From assembly GCA_033723415.1 (NCBI GenBank), contig JAWVXD010000005.1, positions 96,001 to 160,000 on the forward strand: a stretch of 64,000 nucleotides of DNA. The letters run 5' to 3'. The stretch is from Sulfurospirillaceae bacterium. GTDB lineage: Bacteria; Campylobacterota; Campylobacteria; Campylobacterales; Sulfurospirillaceae. The notes below the pieces were generated by a model. It searched no databases. It saw only the letters and a program-made list of their open reading frames with translations, and was not told where the DNA came from. This document shows, piece by piece, positions 42,841 to 51,565 of this stretch (position 1 is its first letter; every line of letters begins with the position of its first letter). The translations under genes and the position numbers were made by a program.

Positions 42841-43918
42841 CGTCTTTTACCTCATATATTATATCGGCCAACGCATATTTTAATGGTTCTAGATTAATCT
42901 TTGCGATAGAAGATATAGGTATTACAAAGTACGGCAGTGTTTTATCTCTATCATATATGTCCTGCACAAAATATTCACATTTATCAGAATTATTATCGAT
43001 TTTTTTATCAATACCGACTAAATCCAGCATAAAAGATAATTTTTCATTTACACTTTTTGCATCAAGTGTATCACATCTTGTCAGCGCAATGGCAAATTCT
43101 CTTTTTGCTAAACTTGGAGAAAATTTTTCTACTTCTTGTTTCAAAGTTAGGTATTGTTCTTCTAAACTTCTGTAGCTTGATAAATCACACATAAATAATA
43201 AGAATTTTGTTCTCTCTATATGTTTTAAGAATTCTATACCAAGCCCTCTACCATCACTTGCTCCATCAATAATCCCAGGTATATCTGCCATAACAAAAGA
43301 CCTAAAATCACCGACATCTACAACACCTAATTTTGGAGTAAGAGTTGTAAATTCATAATTTGCTATTTCCGGGCTGGCATTTGAAACTGTAGATATAAGA
43401 GTAGATTTTCCAACATTTGGAAATCCAACAAGTCCTACGTCAGCTATAAGTTTAAGTTCAAGTTTAACTTCTTTGGTCGTACCAGGGATACCAGGCTGTG
43501 CATAGTTTGGTTTTTGATTCGTTGAGCTTTTAAAATGAACATTTCCTAATCCACCTTTTCCACCTTCTAAAAACAGTACTCTTTCATTATCATTTACCAA
43601 ATCATATAGTATTTCACCACTCTCCATATCTATTATCTGTGTACCAGGAGGGACAATCACTTCTAGAGATTCTCCAGATTTTCCATACATTTTTCTGCCC
43701 ATTCCAGGCTGCCCGTTTTGCGCTTTCAAATGCTGTTTTTTCCTAAAGTGAGACAGCGTATGGGTGTTGTTATCCACCTTAAAATACACATCACCGCCTT
43801 TACCGCCATCACCTCCATCGGGTCCACCTTGTATAACATGCTTTTCTCTTCTAAAAGATACACTTCCGGCGCCGCCCTTTCCTGAGCTTAGAGTTATTTC
43901 TACATTATCTATAAACAT
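42833..43918 (-). CDS. obgE: GTPase ObgE/CgtA
   Basis: [22 protein letters not shown]. Confidence 0.97.
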   Translation of the reverse strand: MFIDNVEITLSSGKGGAGSVSFRREKHVIQGGPDGGDGGKGGDVYFKVDNNTHTLSHFRKKQHLKAQNGQPGMGRKMYGKSGESLEVIVPPGTQIIDMESGEILYDLVNDNERVLFLEGGKGGLGNVHFKSSTNQKPNYAQPGIPGTTKEVKLELKLIADVGLVGFPNVGKSTLISTVSNASPEIANYEFTTLTPKLGVVDVGDFRSFVMADIPGIIDGASDGRGLGIEFLKHIERTKFLLFMCDLSSYRSLEEQYLTLKQEVEKFSPSLAKREFAIALTRCDTLDAKSVNEKLSFMLDLVGIDKKIDNNSDKCEYFVQDIYDRDKTLPYFVIPISSIAKINLEPLKYALADIIYEVKDDE

Positions 43919-44112
43919 TTAAATGCCTTTTCTTAAATCATTATGTTTTTTGCCAAATTAAATCATAAATCTTGTTAATCATAACAGAATATCACAAAGA
44001 GTTTTCTTGTGAAGCCGCATGTGCTACTTTTGTTCTCCAAGAGATCATTTTGGCGAAAATCATAAATAAGATGTATTTTAAAATAAATTTGGATAAATAG
44101 CACTTAATGTGC

Positions 44113-44141
44113 AAAAAAGAGGAGGTGGAAAAAATCCACCT
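44113..44141 (-). terminator. intrinsic terminator of rplU-rpmA
   Basis: AGGTGGA-N5-TCCACCT followed by CCTCTTTTTT on the minus strand. Confidence 0.65.
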
Positions 44142-44147
44142 ATTAAA

Positions 44148-44402
44148 TTATGCGGGCAGAACAGAAACTTTTTTTCTTATTTTGTCTTTTCTTTCAAAAC
44201 TTACATAACCGTCTATTAGAGCATATATAGTATGGTCATTACCTAGACCTACATTGCTTCCTGGATGAGTTTTTGTGCCTCTTTGACGGATGATGATATT
44301 TCCAGCTCTTACAAACTCGCCGCCAAATTTCTTAACACCAAGTCTTCTACCTGCTGAGTCTCTATTATTCTGAGTACTTCCTTGACCTTTCTTATGTGCC
44401 AT
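44148..44402 (-). CDS. rpmA: 50S ribosomal protein L27
   Basis: [16 protein letters not shown]. Confidence 0.98.
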   Translation of the reverse strand: MAHKKGQGSTQNNRDSAGRRLGVKKFGGEFVRAGNIIIRQRGTKTHPGSNVGLGNDHTIYALIDGYVSFERKDKIRKKVSVLPA

Positions 44403-44432
44403 TAGTTTTTCCTTTTTTTAGCGTCTGTTGGA

Positions 44433-44741
44433 TTAAGCTGTTATGCTTAAAACTTTTACTTTTGTATATTGTCTTCTAAAGCCTCTTTTAACTTTAGAAT
44501 CTTTTCTTCTTCTTTTTTTGAAAGTAATAACTTTCTTGTCTTTACCTTCGGTAATGACTTCAAGCTCTACTTTAGCACCATCAACAAATGGTGTTCCAAC
44601 CTTCAATTCGCCTGCATTTACTGCAAGTACTTCGGTAACTTCTATTTTCTCTTTTGGCGAAGCGTCAAGCTTATCGAGATTAATATAATCTCCTTCTTGA
44701 ACTTTATACTGCTTCCCTCCATTTTTGATTATTGCATACAT
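44433..44741 (-). CDS. rplU: 50S ribosomal protein L21
   Basis: [14 protein letters not shown]. Confidence 0.98.
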   Translation of the reverse strand: MYAIIKNGGKQYKVQEGDYINLDKLDASPKEKIEVTEVLAVNAGELKVGTPFVDGAKVELEVITEGKDKKVITFKKRRRKDSKVKRGFRRQYTKVKVLSITA

Positions 44742-44928
44742 AAGTATGTCCTTTATGAGAGATTTTTAATTAAGATTGGGATTTTATCAAAATTTTCTTT
44801 AAGGTAAGATTAAAGTTTTGCATAGCTTACCTTGTTTATGCCCTAATAAAAAACAATTTTATGATGTAATTGAATTTATTATTTTATTGCTATAATTGCA
44901 ATAGATATTTGAAAAATAGGTAGATTTT

Positions 44929-45411
44929 ATGGTTAAAAAGATGTTTCAGAATAAGAACCAAAATACAAAAGTACGCTCTCTTATAGAAAAATATAATATT
45001 CCCAGAATCCACCTCGCTACAAATAGAAAAAATATAGCAAACGGATTATTTATCGGTGTGTTTATTGGACTCATTCCTATGCCGTTTCAAATGCTTGCTG
45101 TCATAGCCTTGATACCTTTTTTTAAGTTTAATGCACCTATAGCCCTTGGCACTGTGTGGATCAGTAATCCTTTCACAATGCCGTTTATTTACTATATTGA
45201 ATATATAACAGGGAGTTATCTACTTGGGATGAAGATTGGAAAAGTGGAATTGACTTTAAAATGGTTTAGTGAAAATATTAAAGACATTTTTATCCCACTT
45301 TATACAGGTGCTTTTTTATATTCTCTCATACTCTCCGTAGGCGTTTATCTTCTGATCAATACTCTATGGAGAATATCTGTAAATAAAGAAAGAAATTTAA
45401 AAGAGAGGTAA
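44929..45411 (+). CDS. DUF2062-like membrane protein
   Basis: GVFIGLIPMPFQM and WISNPFTM motifs. Confidence 0.8.
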   Translation: MVKKMFQNKNQNTKVRSLIEKYNIPRIHLATNRKNIANGLFIGVFIGLIPMPFQMLAVIALIPFFKFNAPIALGTVWISNPFTMPFIYYIEYITGSYLLGMKIGKVELTLKWFSENIKDIFIPLYTGAFLYSLILSVGVYLLINTLWRISVNKERNLKER

Positions 45412-45485
45412 AAAGGGATGAGTGCACAAAATAATATTATTTGCGCACCCTTCTTTATGAAAAAGCTTATTTGTAAATTATAGAC

Positions 45486-45788
45486 TTACTTTCCGCCGCC
45501 GCCACCGCCGCTGCCGCCACCGCCGCTGCCACCGTTGCCGCTACCCATTCCACCTGTTCCCATGCCGCTACCGTCTTGAGCTTTATCCTTAGTTTGCAAT
45601 CTATCTCTATCTCGGTCCCGGTCCTGGGTTTGCAATTTATCCTGATCTTGAGTTTGTAGTCTGTCTCGATCCTGAGTTTGTAACTTATCTTGAGTTTGCA
45701 ATCTATCTTGTGTTTGCAATCTATCTTGATCCGGAGCCGCTACCAATGCTCCACCTATTAACAAAATAGCTAATATGACTTTTTTCAT
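45486..45788 (-). CDS. small secreted QDRLQT-repeat protein with Gly-rich tail
   Basis: Signal peptide, AAGGAGG SD, repeated (QD)RLQT units. Confidence 0.8.
   Translation of the reverse strand: MKKVILAILLIGGALVAAPDQDRLQTQDRLQTQDKLQTQDRDRLQTQDQDKLQTQDRDRDRDRLQTKDKAQDGSGMGTGGMGSGNGGSGGGGSGGGGGGK
45581..45730. repeat. imperfect 18-24-bp tandem repeat encoding QDRLQT/QDRDRLQT
   Basis: Repeated TCTTGWGTTTGYAAYCTA units. Confidence 0.8.
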
Positions 45789-45847
45789 GGCATCCTCCTT
45801 GTATTATGTGATAATATTATGGCACTTATATGTTAATGGAATGCAAC
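45782..45847 (-). promoter_or_regulatory. promoter/RBS block shared with 46314-46378
   Basis: Minus strand GTTGCATTCCATTAACA...TGCCATAAT...AAGGAGG. Confidence 0.65.
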
Positions 45848-45926
45848 GAGACAATATTGGATTTCTTAGATAATTATGAAGTTAATATTTTAGAGAATTT
45901 TTATTGGAGATAGCTTGACATAGTAG

Positions 45927-45956
45927 TGGGCATAGCGCTATCTCACACTATGCCCA
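45927..45956. terminator. stem-loop after the EF-hand protein gene
   Basis: TGGGCATAG-N12-CTATGCCCA. Confidence 0.5.
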
Positions 45957-45969
45957 AAGTTATAAAAAT

Positions 45970-46320
45970 TTACCTTCTTTTTCCCATACCGCCACCACCT
46001 GGACCCATACCCATACCATTTCCTTGATTAAAATTATTTTGCATTTTGGTTCGTTGAAAATTTCTAAATTCTTGCGCATTTATGAATCCGTCTTTGTTCT
46101 TATCCATATCTCCAAACATAGGAGCATTTCCTGCATTTTTCATCGGATAACCTAATTTTGCTCTCTCTTTCATTCTCTCTTGTTGTCTGATCTGAAATTC
46201 ATTTTGAGTTATTTTCCCGTCATGATTCACATCAAAATTACTAAATGTTTGCATATTCTGGTTTGGCGCTGCAACTAATACTCCACCTACTACCAACATA
46301 CTCAATAATATTGTTTTCAT
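45970..46320 (-). CDS. small secreted EF-hand protein with Gly/Met-rich tail
   Basis: Two EF-hand loops DVNHDGKITQNE and DKNKDGFINAQE; start chosen from the AAGGAG SD. Confidence 0.85.
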   Translation of the reverse strand: MKTILLSMLVVGGVLVAAPNQNMQTFSNFDVNHDGKITQNEFQIRQQERMKERAKLGYPMKNAGNAPMFGDMDKNKDGFINAQEFRNFQRTKMQNNFNQGNGMGMGPGGGGMGKRR

Positions 46321-46378
46321 GTCATGCTCCTTTTTCATTTGAAAAAATTATGACATGTATTTGTCAATGAAATGCAAC
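46314..46378 (-). promoter_or_regulatory. promoter/RBS block shared with 45782-45847
   Basis: Minus strand GTTGCATTTCATTGACA...TGTCATAAT...AAGGAG. Confidence 0.65.
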
Positions 46379-46389
46379 AAAAGTAAAGA

Positions 46390-46935
46390 TTACTCTTCAT
46401 ATTTTGCAACTTGATATATGGAAATTTCTGGATGCATATCCAAACAATTTCCCACCAATCCTGCTTTTTGGCAAAGGTTAGAGAAAAATAGCTCAAAAGT
46501 TGGCAATTGATCCCATACTTGCGGTAAAAAAGTAGCCTGTCTGCCAGATGCTTGAAGAACAACACCATCAATTCCTATTTTGATCTTACTCTTCAAATCT
46601 TCTATACTGCCATATGTTAATTGCTTAGTCTTTGAAAGTATTGATACTTCAATACGAATATATTCAAATTCTTCTTTACTTAAAGAATTAAAACGAGGAT
46701 CATTAAAAGCTGCACTTCTGGCATTATAGATAATATCTTCATATAATTTTCTATGTGCCGACAATGAACCGATACACCCTCTCAGATTACCGTTTATTGA
46801 TAGTGTAACAAAAACAGCACCATCTTCTTCCAACCAAGGATTTTCTTTTAAAATAGTGTCTAAACTAAGATTTTGCTGCAATCCAAGGCTTTCACCTATC
46901 GCCGCTCTTGCTAATTTCAAGACTACTTCTTTCAT
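46390..46935 (-). CDS. amrA: AmmeMemoRadiSam system protein A (AMMECR1 domain)
   Basis: AVFVTL, LRGCIG, DPRF, EVSIL, ATFLPQVW, KAG; AAGGAGG SD before ATG 46935. Confidence 0.92.
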   Translation of the reverse strand: MKEVVLKLARAAIGESLGLQQNLSLDTILKENPWLEEDGAVFVTLSINGNLRGCIGSLSAHRKLYEDIIYNARSAAFNDPRFNSLSKEEFEYIRIEVSILSKTKQLTYGSIEDLKSKIKIGIDGVVLQASGRQATFLPQVWDQLPTFELFFSNLCQKAGLVGNCLDMHPEISIYQVAKYEE

Positions 46936-46990
46936 AATATCCTCCTTTAGGCTTTTTATCATTTTATCAAATTGTTGCTATAATTCTAAG

Positions 46991-47524
46991 ATGTTAAAAA
47001 AAATACTGATTCATAGCGCATTTGAAATCGAAGCTAAACCTCTAATAGAGCATTTTAAATTGATTTGCAAGCAAAAAAAGCCTTATAAAATATATGAAAA
47101 TGAGAGTATTGTGTTGGCAATTCTTGGTATGGGAGCGAAAAATACTCTCAAACTGGATGAAGTTTTGCAAGATCATGATATAAAAAGAGCGATAAATATT
47201 GGCATAGCAGGATGTAAGAACAGATCAATAGAGATAGGCTCATTATTTTGTACGACACATGAGCTAGGCTTTATCAAAAAAGAGAGTTTAGGTTGTCATG
47301 ACAAGGCAATAAATGATATGGATTTTATTGAAACCACTTTAGTAGATATGGAATCAGATATTTTTTTAAAAATAACACAAAAATATCTAAATAAACAAGA
47401 TATTTATATCCTAAAAGTAGTATCTGATCACTTAGATACAAAAATACCAGAAAAAGAGTTTGTATGGAAAATTATGAAGAAAAATTTGAACGAGATAGTA
47501 AGAGTTGTAACTTTGAAAGATTAG
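46991..47524 (+). CDS. short nucleoside phosphorylase/nucleosidase-like protein (PNP_UDP fold)
   Basis: AFEIEA, GMG, INIGIAG, VDMES, KVVSD; ATG 46991 lies 6 nt after TGCTATAAT. Confidence 0.75.
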   Translation: MLKKILIHSAFEIEAKPLIEHFKLICKQKKPYKIYENESIVLAILGMGAKNTLKLDEVLQDHDIKRAINIGIAGCKNRSIEIGSLFCTTHELGFIKKESLGCHDKAINDMDFIETTLVDMESDIFLKITQKYLNKQDIYILKVVSDHLDTKIPEKEFVWKIMKKNLNEIVRVVTLKD

Positions 47525-48711
47525 ATGAGAAAAGTAGAGATTTTTTAAAACAAAAAGCATTTATTTATAAATTTTCTTTCCAAGAATTGAAGCAGCTGGT
47601 TGACATCAGCATTGATTTTGATATGTGGAATGAAAAAAGAATCTATGATATCTGGGATGATAAAGGAGAACGAAAAAAAACGTTTTTACATGCTAAACAG
47701 ATTTGGGAGAATTTAAAAACAAAACCAAAAAGCTATGCTAGTTTTTCAAAAGATGCTCCATATAATTTTTCAAGAAAGATCAGCTTCATTGAAAATGACA
47801 AAAAAGAACTGGGACTTGGAAGCTGTCCTGTTGCTTCACCCAAGACTAGATGCTGCAATCTTATGACGTTAGATGCAGTTGAAAGTTGTGGCTTTGACTG
47901 CTCTTATTGCTCAATTCAATCTTTTTATAACGAGAATAGGGTCGGCTTTGATAAAAATTTTGCACAAAAACTCAAAAATCTAAAACTAGATCCAAATAAA
48001 AACTATCATATCGGCACAGGTCAAAGCTCAGACTCACTTATATGGGGAAATAAAGCAGGTATAATGGATGCACTTTTTGAGTTTGCAAAAGATAATCCAA
48101 ATGTAATCTTGGAATTCAAGAGTAAATCAGACAATATAAAATATCTCCTTGAAAACGAGGTACCAAAAAATATCCTTTGCACCTGGTCTATAAATACTCC
48201 TACGATCATAGACAATGAAGAACACCTCAGCGCATCTTTGGGAAAAAGAATAGCAAGTGCAAGAGCTTTGGCCGACAAAGGAGTTTTGGTAGGTTTTCAT
48301 TTCCATCCTATCGTAGTCTATGAAAACTATCTCAGTGAATATACAGAGACCATAAAGAAAATAACTTCAAAATTTACATACGATGAAGTCGCCCTTGTCT
48401 CATTTGGAACCTTGACATTTATAAAACCTGTGATGAAAAAGCTTCGAAATAGGAATTTTAAGAGTAAAATTCTGCAAATGCCTCTAGTTGATGCCAGCGG
48501 AAAATTTTCTTATCCTTTAGATACAAAAGAAGAGATGTTCAAAAATGCTTATGAGGCATTTAAGCCTTGGCATGACAAGGTCTATTTTTACCTGTGCATG
48601 GAAGACCAGAGTTTGTGGAAAAAAGTATTTGGTTACGAGTATACATCAAATGATGAAATGGAACAGCATATGGTAAGTTCATACAAAAGCAAGATTACTA
48701 GGAACTCCTGA
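47464..48711 (+). CDS. spore photoproduct lyase-like radical SAM protein
   Basis: CGFDCSYC (CxxxCxxC), LEFKSKSDN, WSIN, GFHFHP, YLCME. Confidence 0.85.
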   Translation: MENYEEKFERDSKSCNFERLDEKSRDFLKQKAFIYKFSFQELKQLVDISIDFDMWNEKRIYDIWDDKGERKKTFLHAKQIWENLKTKPKSYASFSKDAPYNFSRKISFIENDKKELGLGSCPVASPKTRCCNLMTLDAVESCGFDCSYCSIQSFYNENRVGFDKNFAQKLKNLKLDPNKNYHIGTGQSSDSLIWGNKAGIMDALFEFAKDNPNVILEFKSKSDNIKYLLENEVPKNILCTWSINTPTIIDNEEHLSASLGKRIASARALADKGVLVGFHFHPIVVYENYLSEYTETIKKITSKFTYDEVALVSFGTLTFIKPVMKKLRNRNFKSKILQMPLVDASGKFSYPLDTKEEMFKNAYEAFKPWHDKVYFYLCMEDQSLWKKVFGYEYTSNDEMEQHMVSSYKSKITRNS

Positions 48712-49099
48712 TAAACTCTAAAGCTTCATTTCTAAGTTCTGATATAGATTTCCCCCATGATGATGTTTGTTTTACTTCATCATCTTCGATTTGAAAAAAA
48801 CTTGAGATTTTTTGTATCAACTCTTTTTCTATAAATTGGAATTCATTATCTGCATGAACTAAGATCATAAGTTCTAAGAGTAGAATCTTCTGACTTTTTC
48901 TTGATTTAAAGATAGCAAGAGTATCTGACAAATCAAACTTCTCATTTTCAAAATATATATTATCAATACCCATCTCTAAACAATACTCCTTGATGATCTC
49001 TTTTTCATTTTTTGCAAATATACCATCAAGTTTTGCCAAATAATTAGCAATTTTTAAAAAAGCAAACTTCTCTCTTGATTCTAATTCCATCAAAAACAT
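48698..49099 (-). CDS. TerB-like domain protein
   Basis: LAKLDG...EKEII and VHADNE...EKELI repeats. Confidence 0.75.
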   Translation of the reverse strand: MFLMELESREKFAFLKIANYLAKLDGIFAKNEKEIIKEYCLEMGIDNIYFENEKFDLSDTLAIFKSRKSQKILLLELMILVHADNEFQFIEKELIQKISSFFQIEDDEVKQTSSWGKSISELRNEALEFIRSS

Positions 49100-49213
49100 A
49101 CATAACCTTCATTCTATAAAAATATAGCATAGTATATTAAAAACATGTAAATGCTTCTTTAACATTATTGTATAATTCTGAAAAGATTAGTATCTGCAAA
49201 TGGAGAAAAAATA

Positions 49214-49870
49214 ATGAAGACTGCTATAGTGACTGGCTCAAGTAGAGGAATAGGAAAAGCGATCTATGAAAAACTAGAAGAGAGTGGATATGAAGTTTTT
49301 GGGATTAGCAGACATGATGCTGATATAATATGCGATATACAAGACACGAAGACATTGGAAAAGTCAATAAAAGAATTTTTGAAAACAAGAGATATAGATT
49401 TGCTTGTAAACTGTGCAGGGATTGGAGTTTTCAAGCCGCATGAAGAGATAAGTCTTGAGAAAGTAGAAAAGATCATCGATGTTAATCTAAAAGCACCGAT
49501 AATTTTAACGAATCTGTGTCTTAGAAGTCTCAAAAAAACTAAAGGGCACATCATCAATATTTCTTCCATTGAAGCCACAAAATACTCAAAATTTTCTGCA
49601 CTCTATTCTGCCACTAAAGCAGGTCTTCGAAGTTTTAGTCTTTGTTTGTTTGAAGAGCTTAGAAACGCTGAAGTCAGGGTAACGAATATAAACCCGGATA
49701 TGACCAAGACAGCTTTTTTTGATGATTTACAGTTTGAACCTTCAAATCTGGCAAAGACCTACATAGATCCTGATGATATAGCTTTACAAGTCGTAGAAAT
49801 CATACATTCACCTTTTGTAGTCACGGATGTCACCATCAGATCTCAAAGATTTGGCATTATAAAAAAATAA
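49214..49870 (+). CDS. short-chain dehydrogenase/reductase
   Basis: TGSSRGIG, NCAG, NISS, YSATK. Confidence 0.92.
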   Translation: MKTAIVTGSSRGIGKAIYEKLEESGYEVFGISRHDADIICDIQDTKTLEKSIKEFLKTRDIDLLVNCAGIGVFKPHEEISLEKVEKIIDVNLKAPIILTNLCLRSLKKTKGHIINISSIEATKYSKFSALYSATKAGLRSFSLCLFEELRNAEVRVTNINPDMTKTAFFDDLQFEPSNLAKTYIDPDDIALQVVEIIHSPFVVTDVTIRSQRFGIIKK

Positions 49871-49874
49871 CGAT

Positions 49875-49906
49875 CTAACCTCATTGAATTAAAACTATGA
49901 GGTTAG
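49875..49906. terminator. stem-loop between convergent SDR and M23 genes
   Basis: CTAACCTCAT-N12-ATGAGGTTAG. Confidence 0.5.
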
Positions 49907-49991
49907 TAAAATTTATATCATGTGGTCTTTCTCTCTCAAAGTAAAGATCTAATCTTCTTCCTGCAGTAAGATTCTTATAATTTTGCCATAT

Positions 49992-50783
49992 TCAAAATAT
50001 CGAGTTTATTTTTTTCTCAAACTGCAGAGGATTTATAGCATTTGAGTACAACATGATTCCAAAATGTAGATGCGGTCCATTCACTCTACCGCTTCTACCG
50101 CTAAGTCCTACGATTTGATTTTGTTTTACTTTTTCTCCTACGTGAACACCGATATGACTTAGGTGATAATAACAGCTATAAAGACCTTCTCCATGATCTA
50201 TCACGACTGAGCCTCCTGCATAGTATCTCTTTTGTGCTATCACTACGACTCCGTCATTTGCAGCTCTCACTTTCGTGCCCATCTTTGCTCTAAAGTCAAC
50301 GCCAGAGTGAAAGCTCTGCAGCGTGTGATTAAACATGCGGGCATTTCCGTATGCACTGGTAACGTGTGAATGAATCGGGAGGATAAAGGGTTTATTCCAG
50401 TACCTTTTAGGTGTGATCGTATCGTATATTTTATATGCTGCTTTAAATTCTTTGTGTATTTGAGCCAAAGCTTTCTGACTTGGTTTTACTTTTGAAGGGT
50501 CAACCCTGATCTCTTCAGTCTTATACTTTCCTTTCTTTATACTCAGCAACATTTTCTTGTTATCAATAAATATATAACGTTTTTCAATTTTATTTCTGTA
50601 GCTAATCGGGATCAAAGCATAATATTTGCCTTTTTTGATCGGATTCTTCAAAACAGGCAATTTTTTCCCTTCAAATTTCAAAGTTACTTTTTTATCAAAT
50701 TGCAACAAAGCTACTTCTCCTGTGAAAACGCTCATAGCTTGCAGAGAAATGGCAAAGAGTAAGATATATATGATCTTTTTCAA
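49992..50783 (-). CDS. M23 family metallopeptidase
   Basis: HSGVD, YYHL, GPHLHF; signal peptide. Confidence 0.92.
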   Translation of the reverse strand: MKKIIYILLFAISLQAMSVFTGEVALLQFDKKVTLKFEGKKLPVLKNPIKKGKYYALIPISYRNKIEKRYIFIDNKKMLLSIKKGKYKTEEIRVDPSKVKPSQKALAQIHKEFKAAYKIYDTITPKRYWNKPFILPIHSHVTSAYGNARMFNHTLQSFHSGVDFRAKMGTKVRAANDGVVVIAQKRYYAGGSVVIDHGEGLYSCYYHLSHIGVHVGEKVKQNQIVGLSGRSGRVNGPHLHFGIMLYSNAINPLQFEKKINSIF

Positions 50784-51529
50784 TTTCTTGCCTTTTTAAT
50801 TGTTTCATATGCTTCATTGATTTCTTGAAGTTTTTGCGTAGCCTTATCAATGATAGATTTTTCAGCCCCGCTTCCCATCAACAAATCAGGATGATTAGCT
50901 CTTACTAACTTTTTATATTTTGTCTTTATAGTACTCATGTCGTCACTTTCGCTAGCCCCAAGTATCTCATATGCTTTTTTAAGTGAGTCGACTTGTTGAT
51001 TATACCTACTTGCATAAAAATTTCTAAATTTTGCTATTAAATTTTTAAAATCATTTTTATTTATCTGAAGAGCATTTGCTATATCTTCGCATATCATATA
51101 CTCTTCATTTGTGAATTCATTGTCTATAAATGCCAAATTTAAAAGATATTCTAAAGTTGCGTATCTTTTATTGTAATCACTTCTAGTAAGTTTAAAATAT
51201 TTATTTGAAATCTCTAGAGTATTTTCAAAACTTTCCAACTCCTGCTTATACATCTCTTTTAACTTTTCTCTAACTTCAGTTTGATTTTCAAATACTGAAG
51301 AGAGCTGAGTAAACGTATTGCTTAGAAGTTCTGCTTCTAACTCGCAAACTCTTCCATCAGCCTTGGCAACTTTTGCCATCATCGCTACTATCAAGCCTGC
51401 TTCATGATCTCTTAAATCCCCATCAAACCTCTGTTTTGTATCTATGTGAATATTATATGCATCAGTTTTATAATTCCTGGTTAGAAGGTAAAATACGACA
51501 GCAACAATAACAAACAATAAAAATCTCAT
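50780..51529 (-). CDS. djlA: DjlA-like co-chaperone (TM + TerB-like + J domain)
   Basis: KVAKADGRV; C-terminal J domain with HPD. Confidence 0.85.
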   Translation of the reverse strand: MRFLLFVIVAVVFYLLTRNYKTDAYNIHIDTKQRFDGDLRDHEAGLIVAMMAKVAKADGRVCELEAELLSNTFTQLSSVFENQTEVREKLKEMYKQELESFENTLEISNKYFKLTRSDYNKRYATLEYLLNLAFIDNEFTNEEYMICEDIANALQINKNDFKNLIAKFRNFYASRYNQQVDSLKKAYEILGASESDDMSTIKTKYKKLVRANHPDLLMGSGAEKSIIDKATQKLQEINEAYETIKKARN

Positions 51530-51565
51530 ACCAAATTCTCCTATATATCTTAAATTGTAAAAGCT

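Noticed and set aside
43931..44071. 6S RNA call for the obgE upstream structure
   Set aside because: Multi-branched rather than a long rod with a central bubble, and shorter than expected; left as unknown.
45581..45730. Tandem repeats as a possible CRISPR array
   Set aside because: No unique spacers, in-frame coding repeats, and no cas genes.
49880..49991. Open frame continuing past the M23 peptidase TGA (possible readthrough)
   Set aside because: Short, no recognisable motif, and the M23 domain is already complete.
48698..51529. Two TerB-like genes as a tellurite or anti-phage island
   Set aside because: One is an ordinary DjlA, and no other ter or defence genes are present.
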